Positions 59,338 to 64,000 of a stretch of DNA of 64,000 nt are shown one piece after another (position 1 is the stretch's first letter; each line of letters begins with the position of its first letter). Below the pieces are notes generated by a model. It was not told the origin of the DNA. It did not search any database and saw only the letters and a program-made list of their open reading frames with translations. The stretch comes from an uncultured Flavobacteriales bacterium (GTDB lineage Bacteria; Bacteroidota; Bacteroidia; Flavobacteriales_D; JABDKJ01). A program made the translations under genes and the position numbers. Location: contig CAZSQZ010000004.1 of the NCBI GenBank assembly GCA_964609215.1, positions 168,701 to 232,700 of the forward strand, read 5' to 3'.

Positions 59338-59904
59338 ATGGAATTAGTTTTAAGTATATGTTTGGGAATAGGATTGGCAGCAGCTTGTGGTTTTCGTGTA
59401 TTTATTCCTCTTTTTTTAGCGAGCCTTCTATCCTATTTCGATATGGGCACTTTTGGAATCACAGATAGTTTCGAATGGATTGGTTCATTGCCTGCACTCA
59501 TTACTTTTGGCGTTGCTTCCTTGGTTGAAGTCTTTGCCTATTACATTCCATTCTTGGATAATGCTTTAGATACCATCGCTGTTCCTTTAGCTACCATTTC
59601 AGGCACACTCATTACTCTGAGTACAATGCTAGAGTTTGAACCATTGGTCCAATGGACCATTGCATTGATTGCAGGAGGCGGAATAGCAGGACTTATCAAA
59701 GGTTCTTCAGCTGGAACCCGTTTGGTATCTTCTGGAACAACTGCAGGTCTAGCTAATCCTGTAGTTTCAACTGTAGAAACCACAGCTTCATTAGGAATGA
59801 GTCTGATCGCTTGGTTTTTTCCAATGATTGCCATCTTTTTTGTATTTTTTATTCTTTACATTGTCTATCGTATAATTAAACGATTTAGAAAAAATAAAGC
59901 ATAA
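59338..59904 (+). CDS. DUF4126-like membrane protein
   Basis: LGIGLAAACGFRVFIPLFLASLL and a Gly/Ala-rich TM pattern, as in DUF4126. The family name is from memory. Confidence 0.55.
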   Translation: MELVLSICLGIGLAAACGFRVFIPLFLASLLSYFDMGTFGITDSFEWIGSLPALITFGVASLVEVFAYYIPFLDNALDTIAVPLATISGTLITLSTMLEFEPLVQWTIALIAGGGIAGLIKGSSAGTRLVSSGTTAGLANPVVSTVETTASLGMSLIAWFFPMIAIFFVFFILYIVYRIIKRFRKNKA

Positions 59905-60284
59905 TGACGCCAGAGGAAAGATTATATGAAAACATGGGCGAGTTACTCTATGTTATTGCAAAAGCAGATGGTGTAATTCAAGATGAGGAATTGGATGTTG
60001 TTAAAGAGATTTTAAAAGATCATAAATGGGCTGAAGAAATCAAATGGTCATTTATTTATGAAGCTTCCCGCGAGCATAGTATTGAAGATATTTATAAAAA
60101 GGTAATTACCTCATGTCATATGCACGGTCCATCTCCTATCTACGCAGAATTTATAGATGCCATGAATAAAGTTGCAGCAGCAAGGAATGGAATAGACAAA
60201 GATGAGCAAGAGAAAATAGATGCTTTTTCTAAGGACTTAATTTCAAGATTTCAGAAAGATATAGATGATATGGAAAGTAGATAA
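59904..60284 (+). CDS. TerB-like (tellurite-resistance TerB family) protein
   Basis: LYVIAKADGVIQDEELDVVKEIL...DKDEQEKIDAF. Its ATG overlaps the DUF4126 stop as TAATG. Confidence 0.55.
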   Translation: MTPEERLYENMGELLYVIAKADGVIQDEELDVVKEILKDHKWAEEIKWSFIYEASREHSIEDIYKKVITSCHMHGPSPIYAEFIDAMNKVAAARNGIDKDEQEKIDAFSKDLISRFQKDIDDMESR

Positions 60285-60286
60285 AT

Positions 60287-61714
60287 CTACTTAAACATTA
60301 CTTCTGGAAAGTTCACCAAATACAATTTCTCACTTGCTCTGGTAACTGCGGTATACAACCATCTTACAAAATTCCGATCTAAATGATCTTCTATAAAATA
60401 GCCTAAATCTATAAAAACGGCAGGCCATTGTCCACCCTGGGACTTGTGGCAAGTAACCGCATAGGCAAATTTAATTTCAAGGGCATTATAGTACTCATTT
60501 TGCTTGAGCGCTTGATATATCAATCTTTTGCTTCCCAAATCCAAATATTCTTCAGCTAATGAATTGATCAATTCCTTTCGTTTTGAATCCGGCATGGACG
60601 GGCCATCTTCATAAATACTATCCAACATTACCTTTACCGTTAATTCTGGTGCATGCTCATAATCCAACAATCGAATGCTGACATCAGCAAATTTATGACC
60701 GTATAGCTCCTCTACTCTTTGAATACTTAGAATCTCTGCCATGTCTCCATTAGCGATATAAGAAACGTGTTTATCTCCTTTCAACCAATGATAATTATTC
60801 CGGACTATCATTATTTTATCACCTGCTTCAATCTCCTCTTCTCTTCCAAAAACCACACGTCTAACTTGTTGATTATATAGGTTTGCTGTTTTATTGGATC
60901 GAGTTAGTACTAAGACACCTTCTTCATGAAATGCTCGGAAAGCATCTTCTAACTCATCTTGAAATTGATAAGAATCTATGGAATAAACATCGGTAACATC
61001 TCGTAAATCCATCAAGGGCAATTGAAGTTCTTGCCTATTCAATTGATGTCTAAGCAATGTGGCATTAATTAGTATTCCCGAATGCTTTTTCTGTCTCAAT
61101 ACTTCATCTAACTCTAAGTCGGCAATAGTCAAGTTATAAGCAGCTTGCAACTGATCAACCATAAGAGCGGGACTCATTTCCATGTGAACAGGCGGCAGCT
61201 GAGCAGTATCTCCCAAAAAAATCATCTTACAATGTTCTCCACTAAAAACATATTCCATTAAATCATCCAGAAGGGAAGATTTTTGCCATTGATTTTGTAA
61301 AAGTCCTTCCTGATCCGAAATCATAGATGCTTCATCTACAACGAAAACCGCATTTTTCCATTTATTTTCCTTTAAAACAAAGCGATTCGTACCATCTGAT
61401 AGAGTTTTCCTCGCATAAATTAGTTTATGAATAGTAAAAGCAGGTTGACCAGAATAAAAAGAAAAGACTTTAGCCGCTCTTCCAGTCGGAGCCATTAAAA
61501 TGCAGCTAACCTTCATAGATTTCAAGTAATTCACCAATGCACTTATTAGCGTGGTTTTACCAGTCCCGGCAAAGCCTTTAAGGATAAATGTGCAATTGTC
61601 CTTTCTGCTCACCAGAAACCGCTCTAAATAAACCATTGCTTTCTTCTGAATCTCCGTTGCCTCAAAGGGAAAGAATTTCTGTAATAGAGTAGCTATTTCA
61701 TTCGTTTTATCCAA
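60287..61714 (-). CDS. SF1B (RecD/Pif1-like) ATP-dependent DNA helicase
   Basis: Walker A GFAGTGKTTLI, Walker B VFVVDEASMI, GDTAQLPPV and the C-terminal motif AVTCHKSQGGQWPAVFI. Confidence 0.8.
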   Translation of the reverse strand: MDKTNEIATLLQKFFPFEATEIQKKAMVYLERFLVSRKDNCTFILKGFAGTGKTTLISALVNYLKSMKVSCILMAPTGRAAKVFSFYSGQPAFTIHKLIYARKTLSDGTNRFVLKENKWKNAVFVVDEASMISDQEGLLQNQWQKSSLLDDLMEYVFSGEHCKMIFLGDTAQLPPVHMEMSPALMVDQLQAAYNLTIADLELDEVLRQKKHSGILINATLLRHQLNRQELQLPLMDLRDVTDVYSIDSYQFQDELEDAFRAFHEEGVLVLTRSNKTANLYNQQVRRVVFGREEEIEAGDKIMIVRNNYHWLKGDKHVSYIANGDMAEILSIQRVEELYGHKFADVSIRLLDYEHAPELTVKVMLDSIYEDGPSMPDSKRKELINSLAEEYLDLGSKRLIYQALKQNEYYNALEIKFAYAVTCHKSQGGQWPAVFIDLGYFIEDHLDRNFVRWLYTAVTRASEKLYLVNFPEVMFK

Positions 61715-61788
61715 GCGAGCAAATTACACAAAATGCGGCTTTTATCTTTTGTAAAAAATTGTAGATTTGTCACAAATGAGCTATACAT

Positions 61789-62616
61789 ATGAATGATTTT
61801 AGAGTATCCTTCAATAAGTACGTTTTTCCAGTAATACTTCTAACATTAGGTGTTATTTTAATTGCTGTTGGATTTAAACAGATGGCACATGATTCAAGGT
61901 TATATAGATTCCTTTTAGGTGCAATAGGAATTTTCCTTGTAGGAATACTCTCGCTTTACTATAGTATGGGTAAAATTTCAAATAAATTTCAACGAATTTT
62001 AATTATACCTGCAATTCTTCTTTGTGTCTTTTTCGGTAAAGCAAATTACGATACTATTCAGGAAAATATAGAATACGAAGCTATTAAGAAAGATACCCGA
62101 AACAGAGTCATTCAGAAATTTAAGGATATAAGAACTGCTCAGCAAGCATATAGAGACGCCAATGGTAATTTTGCTGGTAATTTTAATGATTTGGTGAGCT
62201 TTACTAAAAATGGGACAGTACCTATTTTCAAGAGTATTGGAGCTATTCCTGATTCTTTAAATCTGGAAGAAGCAATGGAATTGGGAATGGTAGTAAAAAT
62301 GCCAGATGGGATGTCTGATGAAGAAGCGGCTGCTCAAGGATTAATTGTTAGAGATACGGTATATGCATCTGTTCTCAGAGAGCGTTTCCAAACACCAAAG
62401 GCTCTTTCCAAAAGAAAATTCCCTTTAAACTTAGATAGTTTAAAATTCTCTCCATATAAAGGCATGTTCTCTTTGGAAATAAGCAGTACAGAAGTCACGG
62501 GTGGCTTAAGAAGACCTACTCTATTATTACAAGAATCACATCCTTATCCTGGAACAGACACTTTGAGGATTGGTTCTCTTTCAGAAGCCCATCTAAATGG
62601 AAACTGGAAAGAATAG
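61789..62616 (+). CDS. Hypothetical membrane protein
   Basis: Three N-terminal TM segments and then a soluble domain. No recognised family. Confidence 0.5.
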   Translation: MNDFRVSFNKYVFPVILLTLGVILIAVGFKQMAHDSRLYRFLLGAIGIFLVGILSLYYSMGKISNKFQRILIIPAILLCVFFGKANYDTIQENIEYEAIKKDTRNRVIQKFKDIRTAQQAYRDANGNFAGNFNDLVSFTKNGTVPIFKSIGAIPDSLNLEEAMELGMVVKMPDGMSDEEAAAQGLIVRDTVYASVLRERFQTPKALSKRKFPLNLDSLKFSPYKGMFSLEISSTEVTGGLRRPTLLLQESHPYPGTDTLRIGSLSEAHLNGNWKE

Positions 62617-63430
62617 TTCACCTATCGATTCGTTTTCAAAACAACTCGCTTCCAAATGTCATTTAGCGCTGAACATTTATTCAAAGTACTTGCGCATTGG
62701 TATAAGCGATCTTACTTCTAAACAACATATTTACTTTAATGAGTTTAAGATAAATTCATGGAAGAACGATTTTGAACCCTTTTTTGAATATGAATTTGGA
62801 AATTCTAAATTCAATAAGGTAACAGCCTGTCTAATAGAAAGTACTAACCTATTGGTTCCCAGCGCTATTTATTCAGATGATCTAAAGAATAGCTTGTTCC
62901 AATTTTCAAAAGGCCCTCAAAAAAAGATATCACTCAAAAACGAGAAGATTAGAGGAATAGATTCAGTGAATATCTATAATGAAAAGAATGATATTCAAAC
63001 TGCTCTAAGCAAAACGGTTAAAAATTTTAAGATAAAGCATTGTCAAAGTGTATTGTTAGAGTTATTAGGCAGAGAAACCAAAGCGTCAGAAGAAGTAAGA
63101 GCCTACGTGCACGTAGAAGATGAATTCTTTGATCTTTTCATTTTTAATGCCGCAAAACTCATTTTGGTTAATCGATATAGCTATAAAACTGCCGAAGATT
63201 TTATTTACTTCTTAATCAATTGCTTTGAAGTGTTGGAATTTAACGTTGCCACAGTACCTTTTTTCTTAATGGGAAGCATAGAAAAAGGTGATGAACTTCA
63301 CACCTTACTTTCAAAGTATTGCAATGAAGTGCTATTTATGAATGATTCTGGGATTTATCAGTATTCTGAGGCTTTCACGGAATCAGAACATTCAAATTAC
63401 CTCTTGTTTAATCAGGTGCTATGCGCATAA
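62597..63430 (+). CDS. DUF3822-like protein
   Basis: The assignment rests on its position immediately upstream of and overlapping rsmD, as in many Bacteroidota, plus a general resemblance. Not verified. Confidence 0.45.
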   Translation: METGKNSSPIDSFSKQLASKCHLALNIYSKYLRIGISDLTSKQHIYFNEFKINSWKNDFEPFFEYEFGNSKFNKVTACLIESTNLLVPSAIYSDDLKNSLFQFSKGPQKKISLKNEKIRGIDSVNIYNEKNDIQTALSKTVKNFKIKHCQSVLLELLGRETKASEEVRAYVHVEDEFFDLFIFNAAKLILVNRYSYKTAEDFIYFLINCFEVLEFNVATVPFFLMGSIEKGDELHTLLSKYCNEVLFMNDSGIYQYSEAFTESEHSNYLLFNQVLCA

Positions 63431-63951
63431 TATCAGGCCATCTCAAAGGCCGAAGACTTCCCATATTTAAAAATATGGGTACCCGCCCGACAACGGATTT
63501 TGCAAGAGAGGCTTTATTTAATTTGATTGAACATAAAAAGGACATTGATGAATGCACCTTTCTGGATCTTTTTTCAGGAACAGGTTCGATAAGTTTTGAG
63601 TTTATTTCTCGAGGAGCTAAAAGTGGAATGTGCATTGATATGAGCAAGAATTCACAAGTCTATAGAAAGAAATGTATGAAGGAATTTGGTATCGAAAATC
63701 TCACTTCCATTCGCAAAGATGTATTCTCATATCTAAAGAAAGCTAAGGACAAGTATGACATCATTTTTGCAGATCCACCCTATCAGTTAAAAGAAATTCC
63801 CCTATTACCAAACTTGGTATACGATAATCATCTTTTAAATGAAAATGGACTTCTTGTTATTGAACATCCCAAGGAAGTAGCCTTTGGCAAACACCCTAAC
63901 TTTGTTGAAACTAGAAATTACAGTACGGTGCACTTTAGTTTTTTCATGTAA
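63421..63951 (+). CDS. rsmD: 16S rRNA (guanine966-N2)-methyltransferase
   Basis: MRIISGHLKGRRL...RPTTDFAREALFN...LDLFSGTGSISFE...IIFADPPY. Confidence 0.88.
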   Translation: MRIISGHLKGRRLPIFKNMGTRPTTDFAREALFNLIEHKKDIDECTFLDLFSGTGSISFEFISRGAKSGMCIDMSKNSQVYRKKCMKEFGIENLTSIRKDVFSYLKKAKDKYDIIFADPPYQLKEIPLLPNLVYDNHLLNENGLLVIEHPKEVAFGKHPNFVETRNYSTVHFSFFM

Positions 63952-63960
63952 TTTAGCTGT

Positions 63961-64000
63961 ATGACTAAGGCATTATTCCCAGGCTCATTTGACCCTTTCA
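63961..64000 (+). CDS. coaD: Pantetheine-phosphate adenylyltransferase, first 13 codons only
   Basis: MTKALFPGSFDPF matches the CoaD N-terminus (GSFDPxTxGH). The gene runs off the window. Confidence 0.7.
   Translation, partial: MTKALFPGSFDPF

Noticed and set aside
60270-60300. Convergent TerB-like and helicase genes separated by 2 bp, with a small hairpin (agtaga-taaa-tctact) spanning both stops
   Set aside because: The 6-bp AT-rich stem has no T-run. It is probably incidental, and tight convergent packing is common.

Overview
The window looks like chromosome from a low-GC Bacteroidota genome, probably Flavobacteriia-like. Supporting signs are T9SS type A and type B C-terminal sorting domains, TAnnTTTG-type -7 boxes, and DUF3822-rsmD-coaD synteny. 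Housekeeping genes (purB, lhgO, dnaX, rpsF-rpsR-rplI, aconitase, icd, rsmD, the start of coaD) alternate with many exported and outer-membrane proteins. These include six T9SS cargo proteins, a TonB-dependent receptor operon with Cys-rich metal-binding partners, four OmpA-family paralogs and two DUF3575-like barrels. The left edge carries a type II restriction-modification pair (a C5-methyltransferase running off the window plus a translationally coupled candidate endonuclease) next to a short SSB. I saw no integrase, transposase, CRISPR array, tRNA or rRNA. The best candidate for something undescribed is a four-gene tandem operon (16575-22340). Its paralogous secreted proteins share a conserved N-terminal module, a GEVED-type domain and a short two-Cys C-terminal module that sits where a T9SS sorting domain would be expected. 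The second notable signal is a 9-A run in dnaX at the domain III boundary, with stops close by in both alternative frames, which suggests a gamma-like product made by frameshifting or transcriptional slippage. All family assignments come from motif recognition by eye; no searches were run.
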